A stretch of DNA of 64,000 nt from Mustelus asterias (GCF_964213995.1 NW_027590156.1:1-64000); one strand, 5' to 3'. Positions 47,590 to 61,810 are shown, counted from the stretch's first letter. Translations and numbers: made by a program. Notes: generated by a model not told the origin, from the sequence alone.

Positions 47590-49520
47590 GAAAATTAGTA
47601 ACTGAGGCAGTGCCTGCTATTTTATTCGGACCCAATGTAATGCAACGTGAGGTACGGGTGTACTCAGTAGTGCATGGCATACAACCTACCAAAAATAATA
47701 TCTGAGATGGAACCTAATGTAACATATGTGGACTATTGACTGAGCAACAACAGCTCAGAAATGATTAATTGTAGCATATATCACGGCATGTCTTCATGTA
47801 ATATAAAAGAAGCGGCATGTAATGTAATGTAAACAGATACAAGGTATATTGCAATAATGATTCAAATGAATCAAATGCAGTATATGAAGAGGCATGGCCT
47901 AGTGCATTACTGTATACGACTGCACCAAATGGGTTATTGCAGCGAACATCGTCAAGTACAGTACTAACTGAGACAGGGTTAATTGTAGCCCTTATAGATC
48001 AAGGCCCAGTCCGTTAATAAATTAAACTTCAGGTTGCGTTATATAGTGCAGAAAGAAAGATAAAACGAGATATGGTGGCGTACAGACATGACTGAGACAA
48101 CTCCTGTGCAATAAAAAAAATTACATGGTGAAATGCAGTAATAACAGAAGGAGGGGCAGTGTAATAAAACTAAACTCAATATATAGTGAAATTTAAGCAT
48201 ATACATCGTCGTACCATAGTAAGCAAGAGAACAAAAATGGCCATTAATATGTTCCTCGGAATCATAACCTAATTCAGTAATAAAATGCTATGAATCCTGG
48301 AGGATGAACTGCAGTGTTGACTGAGGGAGGAGAGAGAGAGAGAGAGACAGATGGACAAGTGCACTAATATCACTCCATTTATGATGAATGATCTGCTGAG
48401 TGTTTCTGGCAGTTCATTTTTCAGATCCCATGCATCCGCAGTATCTTGTTTTTGAGCAAGGAGATATTTGAACAGATTACTAAAAGGACGATCAATACAG
48501 GGACAGTTTTATGCCTTGATTTAGACGAGGAAAGTGAGATAAGGAGATTTCGGGAGGGAATAACAGAGCTTCGGGCCTGGGCAGATTAACACATCCCAAA
48601 CTGAAAAATAATTTTGAAGATAAGAATGGAAATTGCAGAAAATATATATATTTAAATTCTATTCAAACATAACTTGTTCTGTGGCCATTTCGTTTTATTT
48701 CTTTCTGAAACAGATGAACAATGAACCATTGGTTAGAAAATTGGCCTGTGGGAGCCCATCTGGCGATATTGCGAGTACAAAATTCTGTCTCATACCGCCA
48801 GTGTATCAGTTGAATGCTATTAATAAAATACGACAGGCGAAACAATCTTTATCGCTAAAATCTGCAGCAAATTGACATAGTGCAGCACAATCTACAACGA
48901 ATAAAAGGCATCATAACAGAGATTCCTAAATATATTGCAAAGAGCACTGCACTATTGTTCATATTGACCTGTCCCTCAATGCCAGTTTATCACTGAGAAA
49001 ATGTTATAACGTTCACGCTAAATATTACCCACACAATAGCAGAGTGATGAGACGTTTCTCACAGCTACTTATAAATATTAGCAAAAAATAAACCGACTGT
49101 TTCAAACAAGAATGATTGGTATCGGACAGGCACACCCACATATATCGTGATTGATAATATCTCGACAGGCAACATATTCATGGTCGCATGTTGGACTAAC
49201 AGATACAGGCTCTGACGTAATGTAAAGAGACAATTCCTGTGTAATATAAAAAGAGGTGGGATCCGACGTAATATAATCAGATCTGTGGTCCACTGTAGGA
49301 CTAATTGAAAGGACCTGATGTAGCATAAATAGAGAAATGGCTGAGTGTAGCATAACGAGAAAAACGACCGAATGTAGTATAAAGAGAGACAGGGTCCACT
49401 ACCATATCATTAAAGACTGGGTCTGGTACAACATAAATAGAAGTATGGACCAGTGTAATGTAATCAGAGGATTGATTCAGTTAATTAATAACTAATAAAG
49501 CAGGGTCTTCTACATACTGG
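47590..49520. repeat. Degenerate satellite of about 26-27 bp (CAGTGTAATATAAACAGAGACAGGGTC-like), interrupted
   Basis: Recurrent GTAATATAA / AGAGACAGGGTC motifs. Confidence 0.55.
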
Positions 49521-50129
49521 CCCTATTGCCAATGGATAGCGTTTTCTTCCTAATGAGCAAAACATGCTCATTCATAACTTTGAACTTCTGTACTAAATCT
49601 CCCATAAACTGCACTGTTCTAAAGGAAAGAAACTCCGCGTTCAGCTGTTCTGATAGTGTAGCTCATGCATGATGAACGTCAAGCTCCACACCACCTTCTG
49701 CCTCGCATGTTTCCCGATGTCATGTTAGGAATTGATGGAACTTTCACATGGATTCTCATTAATCAATGGCATCGTGTCAGAATAAGATTCAAGGCTAAGA
49801 AAAGACTTGCTTCTGACAATTAAATGCATCAGTGAAATATTGGACACAGATCTCAGAGTTTAGACACACTGAGCTCAATGTTATGTCAAAACACAGAACT
49901 GTGATCGGTTAACAGTCTTATCCCAGTGGAATCAACATCATTTTTGAGTCAAATGCTAATGTGCTCAATTCCCACAACAGATACCTGAGCTCATGATACA
50001 ACCTGTGACAAAGTGCTGAATGTTCAGTTGTTCCATTATTGGATGTGATGATATTTCAGTCCAAGGTGTAGCATACAATATTATTATTAAGCTTGTATTC
50101 CAGAAGCTTGAAGTAATGCTCTGCGGGCA

Positions 50130-51360
50130 AGAACATAAGAAATAGGAGCAGGAGTAGGCCATCTAGCCCCTCGAGCCTGCCCCGCCATTCAATAAGATCA
50201 TGGCTGATCTGACGTGGATCAGTACCACTTACCCGCCTGATCCCCATAACCCTTAATTCCCTTACCGATCAGGAATCCATCCATCCGCGCTTTAAACATA
50301 TTCAGCGAGGTAGCCTCCACCACCTCAGTGGGCAGAGAATTCCAGAGATTCACCACCCTCTGGGAGAAGAAGTTCCTCCTCAACTCTGTCTTATACCGAC
50401 CCCCCCCCCCTTTATTTTGAGGCTGTGTCCTCTAGTTTTAACTTCCTTGCTAAGTGGAAAGAATCTCTCCGCCTCCACCCTGTCCAGCCCCCACATTATC
50501 TTATAAGTCTCCATAAGATCCCCCCTCATCCTTCTAAACTCCAACGAGTACAAACCCAATCTCCTCAGCCTCTCCTCATAATCCAAACCCCTCATCTCCG
50601 GTATCAACCTGGTGAACCTTCTCTGCACTCCCTCCAATGCCAATATATCCTTCCTCATATAAGGGGACCAATACTGCACACAGTATTCCAGCTGCGGCCT
50701 CACCAATGCCCTGTACAGGTGCATCAAAACATCCCTGCTTTTATATTCTCTCCCCCTCGCAATATAGGCCAACATCCCATTTGCCTTCTTGATCACCTGT
50801 TGTACCTGCAGACTGGGCTTTTGCGTCTCATGCACAAGGACCCCCACGTCCCTTTGCACGGTAGCATGTTTTAATTTGTTTCCATTGAGATAGTAATCCC
50901 ATTTGTTATTATTTCCTCCAAAGTGTATAACCTCGCATTTATCAACGTTATACTCCATTTGCCATATCCTCGCCCACTCACTCAGCCTGTCCAAATCTCT
51001 CTGCAGATCTTCTCCGTCCTCCACACGATTCACTTTTCCACTTATCTTTGTGTCGTCTGCAAACTTCGTTACCCTACACTCCGTCCCCTCCTCCAGATCA
51101 TCTATATAAATGGCAAACAGTTGCGGCCCAAGTACCGATCCCTGCGGCTCGCCACTAGTTACCTTCCTCCAACCGGAAAAACACCCATTTATTCCGACTC
51201 TTTGCTTCCTGTCGGATAGCCAGTCCCCAATCCACTTTAACACACTACCCCCAACTCCGTGTGCCCTAATCTTCTTCAGCAGCCTTTTATGGGGCACCTT
51301 ATCAAACGCCTTTTGGAAATCCAAAAACACCGCATCCACCGGTTCTCCTCCATCAACCGC
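50130..51360 (-). mobile_element. Young CR1 3' fragment with an open RT frame
   Basis: ORF 50380-51339: DFQKAFDKV, PQGSVLGP, KFADDTK; intact 3' UTR and TTCTTATG tail. Confidence 0.95.
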
Positions 51361-52320
51361 AAGGGTTCAAATTCCACCCCAGCAACTGGGGAATTTCAAT
51401 TCAATTAATTGATTAAGCTGAATCAAACATCGTTGTCTAATTAATAACAATCATATTTCGGCAAAGTTCATCTTCTTCTCTGATGTATTTTAGGAGAGGA
51501 AATTTTACTTCTTACTTGTAAGACATATAAAATTGCCAGAAGAAGCAACAAGCCTGAGGGTTTGGAATGTTTTAAAATTCAACAAAAGAAGACACAATGT
51601 GCGAGGGGGGAAAGAGAGAATGAAAGTATAATGGCAGGAAGCAGAGAAACTAATTGTACAAGCTTCTCTGAATATCTGAAGAGACAAAGATTATTTAAGA
51701 CAAATTAGGTAGCTTCCAGTCACAATCCAGGGAAATTATAATGGGGAACAAAGAAATGTTGGATGAATAGAACACAAAGTTTGACTCCATCTTCACAAAA
51801 GGGGACACAAATATCCTCCCAGAAATGTTAGGGAACCAAGAGCTAGTTGGCATTGAAGAACACCAGTGTTAGTAGCAAAATCATGCTGGGGAAATTAATG
51901 GGGTGAAATGCTGATAAATCACTAAGGCCTGAGAATCTACATCCCAGAGTATGAATGAAAATGGCCCTGAAAATATTGGGTGCATTGGTGTCATCCTCTA
52001 AAATTCTATACACTCTGGATCAGTTCCTATAGATTGGAGGGTGACAAATGAAATCCCAATATGTACAAAGGAAGGGAGAGTAAAAATGTTGAATTACAGC
52101 CTGACTTTAGCATAAGCGAAGATGTTAGAGACTGTTATCAAAGACATGATAGCAAAATATTTGGAAAGCATTAACGGAATTTGATGAAGCCAGCATGGGC
52201 TTAAGGAAGATATGTCATTCTTAACAAACCTACTTGCGTTTTCTGAGGCTGTAAGTAATAGAATAGTGAGGGGGGGCGGGGGGGGGGGGGGATGGAGGGA
52301 GGGGGGAGGGAACCAGGGTA

Positions 52321-55300
52321 CATAGAACATAGAAACATAGAAATAAATACAGTACAAACAGGCCCTTCGGCCCACAAGTTGCGCCGGTCATGCCGCTACC
52401 TACCTAGGCTTATATATAGGCTTATCTATAACCCTCAATCCTGTTAAGTCCCATGTACTCATCCAGAAGTCTCTTAAAAGACCCTATCGAGTTTGCCTCC
52501 ACCACCACTGATGGCAGCCGATTCCATTCGCCCACCACCCTCTGAGTGAAAAACCTACCCCTGACATCTCCTCTGTACCTACTCCCCAGCACCTTAAACA
52601 CGTGTCCTCTCGTAGCAGCCATTTCAGCCCTGGAAAAAAGCCTCCGAGAATCCACCCGATCTATACCTCTCAACATCTTGTACACCTCTTTCAGGTCACC
52701 TCTCAGCCTTCATCTCTCCAAGGAGAAAAGACCGAGCTCCCTCAGCCTATCCTCATAAGGCATGCCAACCAATCCAGGCAACAGCCTTGTAAATCTTCTC
52801 TGCACCTTTTCAATCATTTCCACATCCCTCCTGTAATGAGGCGACTAGAACTGAGCACAGTACTCCAAGTGGGGTCTGACGAGGGTCTTATAAAGCTGCA
52901 TTATTATCTCCTGACTTCTAAACTCAATCCCTCGATTGATGAAGGCCAGCACACCATACGCCTTCTTAACCACCCCCTCTACCTGCGAGGCCGATTTAAG
53001 AGTCCTATGGACCTGGGCCCCAAGGTCCTTCTGATCCTCTACACTGCTAAGAGTCGTACACTTGATATTATACTCCTTCATCCCATTCGACATGCCAAAA
53101 TGGACCACTACACATTTATCCTGTTTGAAGTCCATCTGCCACTTCTCTCCCCAGTCTTGCATCCTATCAATGTCACACTACAGCTTCTGACATGCGTCCA
53201 ACCTATCCACAACACCACCAACCTTCGTGTCGTCGGCAAACTTACCAACCCTTCCCTCCACTTCCTCATCCAGATCATTTATGAAAATGACAGACAGCAA
53301 GGGTCCCAGAACAGATCCCTGGGGCACTCCACTGGTGACCGACCTCCGTTCAGAAAATTACCCGTCTACAACCACTCTCTGCCTTCTGCAGGCAAGCCAC
53401 TTCTGAATCCACAAGGCAACAGCCCCTTGTATCCCATGCCCTCTCACTTTCTTGAGAAGTCTTGCATGGGGTACCTTATCGAACGCCTTGCTGAAGTCCA
53501 TATAAACCACATCTACCGCTTTTCCTTCATCAATGTGTTTAGTCACATTTTCAAAGAACTCCACCAGTCTCGTAAGGCACGATTTGCCTTTGACAAGGCC
53601 GTGCTGACTACGTTTGAGCATACGAAACTCCTCTAAATGTTCATAAATCCTGTCCCCCAGGATCTTCTCCATCAACTTACCAACCACTGAGGTTAGACTC
53701 ACCGGTCGGTAATTTCCTGGGCGATCCCTATTCCCTTCCTTGAATATAGGAAACACATCCGCAATCCTCCAATCCTCCAGAACCTCTCCCGTCTCCATCG
53801 ACGACGCAACGATCATCACCAGAGGCTCTGCAATCTCTTCCCTCACCTCCCACAGTAACCTGGGGTACATCCCATCCGGTCCCGGCGACTTATCTATCTT
53901 GATGCTATTCAAAATTTCCAACACATCCTCTTTCTTAATGTCCACATACTCAATCTTTTCAGCCCACCTCAGTCCTGTAGTACAACCACCCAGGTCTTTT
54001 TCCACCGTGAATACCGAGGTAAAATATTCATTAAGCACCTCTGCTATTTCTTCCGGTTCTGTACAGACTATCTCACCTACACCTTTTATAATTCCTATTC
54101 CATCACATCTCATCCTTTTACTCTTCACATATTTATAGAACGCCTTCGGGTTCTCCTTAATCTTACCTGCCAAGGCCTTCTCGTGACCCCTTCTGGCTCT
54201 CCTAATTTCTTTCGTTCCGACAAGCCGTCTACTCATCTAGATCCCTATCATCGCCTAGCGCTCTGAAGCTTTTGTACGCTTTCCTTTTCTTTCTCACTAG
54301 GTTCAGCGCAGCTTTCGTGCACCATGGTTCCCGTAACCTACCAACACCTCCCTCTCTCATCGGAACGTTGTCATGCAGAACTCGAGGCAAACATTCCTTG
54401 AAAATCTGCCACCTTACTTCAGTACTTTTCCTCGAGAATGCCTCCTTCCAATTTACACATCTAATCTCCTGCCTGATGGCTTCATGTTTCCCCTTACTCC
54501 AGATAAACACTTTCCTAGCTTGCCTGATCCTATCTCTTTCCAATGCTTGCTCATTAGCCAGTACCAGGTCGAGTACAGCCTCTCCTCTTGTAGGCTTATC
54601 CACATGCTGTGTCAGGCAACCCTCCTGAACACACCTAACAACCCCCTCCCCATCCAAACCCCTTACTCTATGGATATTCCAATCGATGTTTGGGAAATTA
54701 AAGTCTCCCATCACGACAACCCTGTTATTCCTACATCTCTCCAGGATCTGTTTCCTATCTGCTCCTCAACATCCCTGTTACTATTGGGCGGCCTGTACAA
54801 AACACCCAGCAAAGTTATCGACCCCTTCCCGCTCCGAACTTCCACCCACAGAGACTCCGTAGACAATCCCTCCACGGCTTCCACATTCTCTGCAGCTCTG
54901 ACACTATTCCTGATCAGCAGTGCCACTCCCCACCCCCCTCTTTTGCCTCCCTGTCTGTCCTTTCTGAAACATCTGAAACCCGGCACCTGAAGTATCCAGT
55001 CCTGTCCCTGTCCCCAAGTCTCCGTAATGGCCACCACATCACACTTCCAAGCATCGATCCACACTCTAAGCTCATCCACTTTATTCACTACACTCCTGGC
55101 ATTAAAATAGACATATCTCAAACCTTTGGTTTGAGCTCTCCCCTTCCCCATCACCCGTCTATTCTCCCTCTTACACTGTGTACAATCCTTCTCTATTTGC
55201 GAGCTAGCCTCCTCGCTCTCAGTCACCTCATCACGATTCCCTCCCCCCAACCTTTCTAGTTTAAAGCCTCCCCAGTAGCCTTAGCCAACCTTCCTGCCAG

Positions 55301-55582
55301 GATATTTGTCCCCCTGGGATTCAAGTGCCACCCGTCTTTTTTGTACAGGTCACACCTTCCCCTAAAGAGGTCCCAATGATCCAGGAAACTGAATCCCTGC
55401 CCCCCGCTCCAGTCCCTCAGCCACGCATTCATCCTCCACCTCACTCCATTCCTGCTCTCACTTTCCCGTGGCACAGGCAACAATCCTGAGATTACTACCT
55501 TTGCGTTCCTCCTTCCCAACTGTCTACCTAACTCCCTATATTCTCTTTTCATTACACCTTCCGTCTTCCTACCTATGTCAGC
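52321..55582 (-). mobile_element. Long CR1 LINE: ORF1 SGNH-esterase C-terminus + ORF2 APE endonuclease and RT, frameshifted
   Basis: 55256-55588 LLPVP..FLDHW..DGWHLN; 54711-55250 YFNARS..ITETW; 54229-54714 MGDFNFP..LDLVL (internal deletion); 53358-54236 RT; TTCTATG tail. Confidence 0.95.
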
Positions 55583-55799
55583 GTGCATGTACGTGGTGCA
55601 TTTGCACTTTCAGAAGACATTTGAGACGGTTCCTCGTAAAATATTAGTAGGTCAAAATAAAGCACGTGGGATAGGGAATAATGTATTGACATTTGTGTAG
55701 AATTCGTTGACAGACAAGAAACAGAGAATGGAAATACATGGGTCTTTTTCCGAGTGGCAGTCAGCGACTGGTGGGGTACTTCATGATCCCAACTTATAT

Positions 55800-56070
55800 T
55801 ATTTATTTATTAGTCACATGTAGGCTAACGGTAACACTGCAATGAAGTTACTGTGAAAAACCTCGAGTCACCACACTCCAGCGCCTGTTCGGGTACACTG
55901 AGGGAAAGTTCAGCATGGCCAATGTCCCTGAGCTGCACGTCCTTCGGATTGTTGGAGGAAACCGGGGCACCCAGAAGAAGTCCATGTAAGCACGGGGAGA
56001 ACGTGCAGACTCCGTACAGAAAATGACCCAAGCCGGGAAGCGAACCCGGTCCCCGACCCCGTGCCACCGT
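55800..56070 (-). mobile_element. V-SINE, AATAAA-tail subfamily
   Basis: Core and tail homology. Confidence 0.8.
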
Positions 56071-56584
56071 GGGATCTGGATAAGGAAATCAAATGTAACA
56101 TGTCCTAAGCGGCTGGCGATATATAACTGTGAGCAATGAGGAGGATGCAGTGACTTGTGAGCTGTGAGGAGGATGCAAGGGTTTTCAATGTGATCTGGAC
56201 AAGTTGTGTGAATGGGTGAACATGTGGCAGATGCAATACAACGTGGCTAAATGTACAGTTATATGCGTGTGCAAAGAACAAAACAATATATATTTGGAAG
56301 TGTGATGTACAAATGGATCTGGGTATCCTTGTACACCAACCAATGAAATCGGAGAGGTATGTACAGCAAGCAATTTGGAAGGCCTTCGTTGCAAGAAGAT
56401 TTGAGTTCGGAATTAGTGAAGTCTTACTGAAGTAATGCCGGGTCTTCAGAAGACCACATCTGGAGTAATGCGTGTAGATTTGATCTCCCGACCTAAGAAA
56501 GGGTCTCTGGCGAGTGCAGCTGATACACGCATTGGTGGGACTGTCCTATAAGGCGAACTTGCATCGACCGGACCTGTATTCACT

Positions 56585-56712
56585 TGACTGACGTGATGAA
56601 CGAGCAGCGCTTGGAAAGCTCGTGATTCCAAATGAACCTGTTGGACTTTAACCTGGCGTTGCGAGACTTCTTACTGTGCACACCCAAGTGCAACGCGAGC
56701 ATCTCCACCTCA
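56585..56712 (+). mobile_element. Second copy of the 4141-type Penelope-like end, with 10-bp TSD and mutated hammerhead
   Basis: AACCTGTTGGACTTTAACCTGG...CATCTCCAC homology; TGTATTCACT at 56575-56584 and 56713-56722. Confidence 0.75.
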
Positions 56713-56799
56713 TGTATTCACTCGAGTTTAGAAGGATGAGAGGAGATCTGATTGAAATACATAAAATTGTGATTGCAACATTCAAAGCATAAAAAATGA

Positions 56800-57085
56800 G
56801 GGCGATGCAGTGGCACAGTGGCTGGCATGGCTGCTTTACAATGCCAGGGACCTGGGTTCGATTCCCACCTTGGGTCACTGTCTGTGCAGAGACTGCACAT
56901 TATCTGCGTGGGTTTCCTTCGGGTGCTCCGTTTTCCTCCCACAGTCCGAAAGACGTGCTGATTCGGTGCATTGGCCATGCTAAATTTTCCCTCAGCGTAC
57001 CTGAACAGGCGCTGGAGTGTGGCCATAGGGCCTTTTCAAAGTAACTTCATTGCAGTGTATGTCTACTTGTGCATTAATAATAAAT
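56800..57085 (+). mobile_element. V-SINE, AATAAA-tail subfamily
   Basis: Head with GGTTCGATTCC, V-core and tail. Confidence 0.85.
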
Positions 57086-59209
57086 GAAGTTATGAATAAT
57101 TAAACGAATTCTAACAGGGCTGGGCAGGCAAGATGAAGGAAGGACGTTTTCGCTGGTTAGGTAGTCTCAAACCAGGGATGCAGTCTCAAGACATAGGGTA
57201 GCCAATTTAGGACAGAAATGGGGAAATATTTATTCACTTCAGAGGCTAGTGAACATACGGAGTCCTGTAGCACTGAAGGCTTTGGATGTCATGCCACTGA
57301 ATAGATTCAAGAAATAAATCGATCTGTGATTAGATCTTAATGGTATCAGGGGGTGTGGGCAGAATCCAATAATGTGGCCTTGAGATAGGAAATAACCCAT
57401 AATCATGAAGACTGGTGGATCAGGCTCGACTGGCCTCCTCCGGCTCCTAATTTCTATGTACCTAATGTTCAGTCAATGTTCTGAGGACCTGAGTTCAAAT
57501 CCCGCCACGGCAGATGGTGGAACTTGAAATCAATTAAAACTATCTGGAATTAAGAATCTATTGATGACTATGAGACCATTGTTGATAGTTGTAAAAACCC
57601 ATCTAGTTTATTCATGCCTCTTTAGGGAACGACATCTGCCGTTCTTACCTTGTTTGACCTCCATGTGACTCCAGAGTCACAGCAATGTGGTTGACTCTCA
57701 ACTGCCCTCCACGGGCAACTAGAGATGGGCAACAAATGGTGGCCAGCCAGTAATGTGCAAGGCCCACGAATCAATAAAAAAAGCTATGTTTAGCCTGTCT
57801 GTCCTACATGTGACTCCAGTTCCACAGTGATGAAGCTGACCCTTACGTGCCTCTGAAATTGTCAAAACAGCCATTCAGGTGTTTCAAAGCTGCTGCAGAA
57901 AGTCAAACACAAATAAAACCGACCAGAGGGCAATAATTTCAAAACGGTAGTTCGCAACCGCCTTCTCAGGATGGGCAATAAATGCTGGCTTTGTCAGTGA
58001 TGCCCATATCCAGAGAATGAATAGAACAGTGCAAACTGCTGCGAATTCCGGAAATCTAAAAGTAAAACAACAAAAAAGGCAGGTCAGCGGGCATTAGCAG
58101 TGGGTGAAACAGATTCTTATTTCAGGCCGATGACAGAACGTAAAATCTCATTGATAAAATTCAATATAATAGGACTGTCCTGCCCAGTATCCTGGCCACT
58201 CATTCCTCAACTAAAATCACAAAATGACTGTTCGTTTACCACATCTCGCTTTGTGGGAGCTTGCTGTGCACCAAATACTTGCTGTCTGTCCAATATTACA
58301 GCAGTGAATAACTTCAGCAAAATATATCAGTGAGTTTTAAATGGTTTGGGACGACCTAAGGTCAGGTAAAGCGTTATAAAAATGCAAGGCCTTTCCAAAT
58401 GTTATTATAAAATGCAAGAATTGATATGTTAAAAGCTCTGCGATTAATGCGATTATCGTCACTCCTCTGCCTGATGTTTTAACATGTCTAGTTTTAGTAG
58501 ATTAAATCATCAATGAAATTGACATTCAGTGGAATACCAGCCTTTTCAAACATGTTTTATTTATTCTGACATCAGAACTTTCAGAACAAATTCTTGATTA
58601 GAGGGTATTTTTTTATTTGAATTAAATAGCGTCTGGTCAAATGGGTATTCACGAAGCTTCTATTGATTTTGAACCTGCTGTCAATATACTTTAAAGAAAC
58701 CGCTATTTTGAATTGAAACTAATGAATAAATGACGGTTTATCTGGTTTTGCTGCCATGAACATCTCATTGTAACCAGTGAGGTGTTTATGTTAATAAACA
58801 CAGAAATAGAAATCCCAGATTAGATTTATTGATTGACAAAAACACAACAAATATTTCCCCATCAACACAGCACAGAAATAGAGACAAACATGCAAATCAA
58901 TCATTGGATTTCAGTCGTGATTGTTTTTGGACATATTTTTTCATCAGTTATATACGCAAAACAAGCTATGATTATCTATGTTCAAAATTAAGAAAGATTC
59001 CCTCTAATCACAAAATATAAGGACACGGCAAATATATTTGCGGCGATTTAATGTGCTTTATCTCTCTTTGTCTTTCTCCTCTCTGATTCTGTGTCTTGTT
59101 TTGTCTCTCCATGATGGGTCATTGTTTTTACTCAACAACTTCAAGTCAAACTCCAGCTAATGTATTCTCTCAGGCCTATTTTCAGGTCTCTAACTAAATG
59201 GATTTAATT

Positions 59210-59490
59210 CAATCTACAGAGGGAGCTTTTCTCCTGATCATTCCCTGTATCTAACCCTTTCTGTCCCAGCGTCCAATTGTTTCAATGGACAGTGTAGAGA
59301 GGTTTTTACTGTTTCTAAACAGTCTTCATTTGCTGGAAATGCTTGATTGAGATAGTGTGGATGGAGTTTCACTTTTTATCTATCCCGTGCTACACCTGCT
59401 TGGGAGTGTTTAATGTTGCACTGTGGAGGGAGCTTTACATTCGGAGCCTAACCACATGCTACACCTGACCTTGGAATGTTTGATGGGACA
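59210..59490 (+). repeat. About four copies of a 65-70 bp satellite (ACAGTGTAGAGGGAGCTTTACT...CTAACCC...GGGAGTGTTTGATGGG)
   Basis: Unit repeated at about 59215, 59290, 59352 and 59418. Confidence 0.75.
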
Positions 59491-59824
59491 CTAGGCCCTG
59501 TCTCTATATTGCACTCATCTGTGACCTGTCTCTGCTGATGTTAAATTAACTAATCCCTGTTTCGGTTTATATTAAAGAAGATTTTGTCTCTGTTCACATT
59601 ACACTAGACGTACTTTCTGTTTATAATAAACTAGATGCTGTCTCTGTTAATATTACACGTCACCATGTCTCTGTTCATATTGAGATCGACAATGACTCTG
59701 CTTTTATTAATGTAGACCTGTCTCTGTACTAAACTGGATGCGGTCTTAGTTCTGCACTTGACCATGTTCATGTTCATGTTGACCATATTGGCCCTGGGGT
59801 TTTTCACTCTGGGTTTTCGCCTCT

Positions 59825-60068
59825 CCCTGGAGATCACATGGTCTGGAATGGGGGGGTGGGGGTGAGTTAATAGGTTGTAATGAACAAAGCATCGTAGCTG
59901 TGAGGGACAGCTCGGTGGATAGGATATTGGTATGTAGATAGGCTGGAAAATTGGGCGGGGATCCTGGATTCAGGATTCAATCCTGGACCGGGGAGCGGCG
60001 CGGGCTTGGAGGGCTGAAGGGCCTGTTCCTGTGCTGTATTGTTCTTTGTTCTTTGTTGTTCTTTGTTC
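59825..60068 (+). mobile_element. CR1 3' UTR fragment
   Basis: GGCTTGGAGGGCTGAAGGGCCTGTTCCTGTGCTG and (TTCTTTG)n tail. Confidence 0.8.
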
Positions 60069-60379
60069 ATTTTATATTGGGCACGGACTCAGTTATTACT
60101 GTACTGGATAATGCGCAATAATGTGAAAAGTGGCTATGGGAACATGATACTCTGCATCCTCCTATAGGTACAACTCTGACGGATGGAGACTAGTCTTGGG
60201 AACTGGAAAAGAAGAAGTGATATTTGAAAGCTCATTCTACTGACTGCATTGAAAATCGATATCAAATCCTGCGCAGCATACACTCTCGATCCAATACTTT
60301 CCGTTTCAATTCAGATTTTTTAGCCCAGCATATTTATGCATTATATTATCTCTCTACCTCACAGAACCGTGGAGTAATG

Positions 60380-61810
60380 TTAATGGAGCCATAGTTCAGA
60401 CAGAGGCATTCTATACTGCAGTATCAACAGTGACCTGGTCTCGCGAAATATAGACAGAGTCAGGGTCAAATGTCATATAAACAGGGATTGGGTCTAGTGC
60501 ATCATAAACTAAGCTCCGGTCAAGCGGAGTATTAACAGAGACAGGATCTATTTTAATATAAACAGAGGCCTTATGCAGTGAAATAGAAATGAGGTCGTGC
60601 CGAGTGCTTTGTGGGAAGTTAAAGGCAAAATACTGGCCTTACCAGAGACACCCACATCCCATGAAAGAAATATTTAAAAAATATGGATGACATCAACGAG
60701 TACAAGAAAAACTGAGATGGTGTCTAGTGCAATTTAACCGAATGCAGGAACTTGCGCGATATAAACTGAGACACATCGTGTCAATTACTGATACAGGCCT
60801 GAACCGATATTAACTGAGGCAGAGCTTAGCGCATTAGCAGTAATTACTGATACAGATTCTGGACTGACATAAACTGAGACAGAGGCCAGCGTGTTAATGG
60901 TCATTACTGAAGCAGTACCTAGACTGATAAAAACTGAGACAGAATTTACTGTGTTGTTAATGATTAGAGATACGATATTTAGACTGATATGAACTCAGAA
61001 AAAGGATAGTGCATTGGTAATAATTATTAATATGTGATCTAGACTGGCATACACTGAGATATGGACAATGCAGCAAATTAGAAGGATCACATGATGCAAT
61101 AATAACAGAGGCAGGGCACAGTGTTGAATAAACAAATACATGCACTCGTGCAGCATTAACTAAAACAGTGTCGAGTTTATTAGATCTAATGAACCATTAG
61201 AGTAATGACAGTGACCGAAACTTGTGTAACGCAAGAAGGATGTTGCTCCAGTATAGGAGTGACAGATACAGGTTCTGATGCAGTCGGAATTGAGACACAG
61301 TCTCTTCCCAGATTGAAGATTTAAAGCTTATTTATTGGTGTCATAAGTAGGCTTACATTCACACTGCAATGAAGTTACTGTGAAGAACCCCGAGTGGTCA
61401 CACTCCGGCGCCTGTTTGAGTACACTGAGGGAGAATTTATCATGGCCCAAATGCACCAAACCAGCACCTCCTTCGGACGGTGAGTGGGAACCGGAGCACC
61501 CGGAGGAAACCCACGCAGACACAAGGATAACGTGCCGACTCCACACAGACAGTCACCCATGTTGGGAATTGAACCCGGGTCCCTGGCACTGTGCCACCGT
61601 GCCGCCCTGATTAACTGAAACATATTTCAGCACAGTCATAATTCAGAAACCATCGTTAAAACAGGCCTTGGCTTCACTTATGAACAACTGATAATGAGCC
61701 GAGTAGAGAAACAACAGAGACAGGACATGCTGTAATGTGATTGGGACATGGCCTGTTGCAATACAAACAGACGTGGGGGCCAGTTGAACGTAATCAGAGA
61801 TATGACATGT
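60380..61810. repeat. Degenerate satellite of about 27 bp, including a 60-bp-period block (about 60780-61070)
   Basis: AACTGAGAC and ATTACTGA recur at exactly 60-bp spacing (60872, 60932). Confidence 0.7.
61327..61608 (-). mobile_element. V-SINE, AATAAA-tail subfamily
   Basis: Head, V-core and tail. Confidence 0.85.

Larger units (their letters stand above)
51530..57470 (+). mobile_element. Old degenerate CR1 hosting several younger insertions
   Basis: Collinear RT remnants at 51900-52320 continue at 55585-57470 (GACTTTCAGAAG-like, AGAAGGATGAGAGGAGATCTGATTGAAA). Confidence 0.75.

Noticed and set aside
52602-53636. 344-aa plus-strand ORF
   Set aside because: Antisense shadow of the CR1 RT region
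59210-61070. Regularly spaced repeats superficially resembling a CRISPR array
   Set aside because: Eukaryotic DNA; the units are wholly repeated satellites without unique spacers or cas genes
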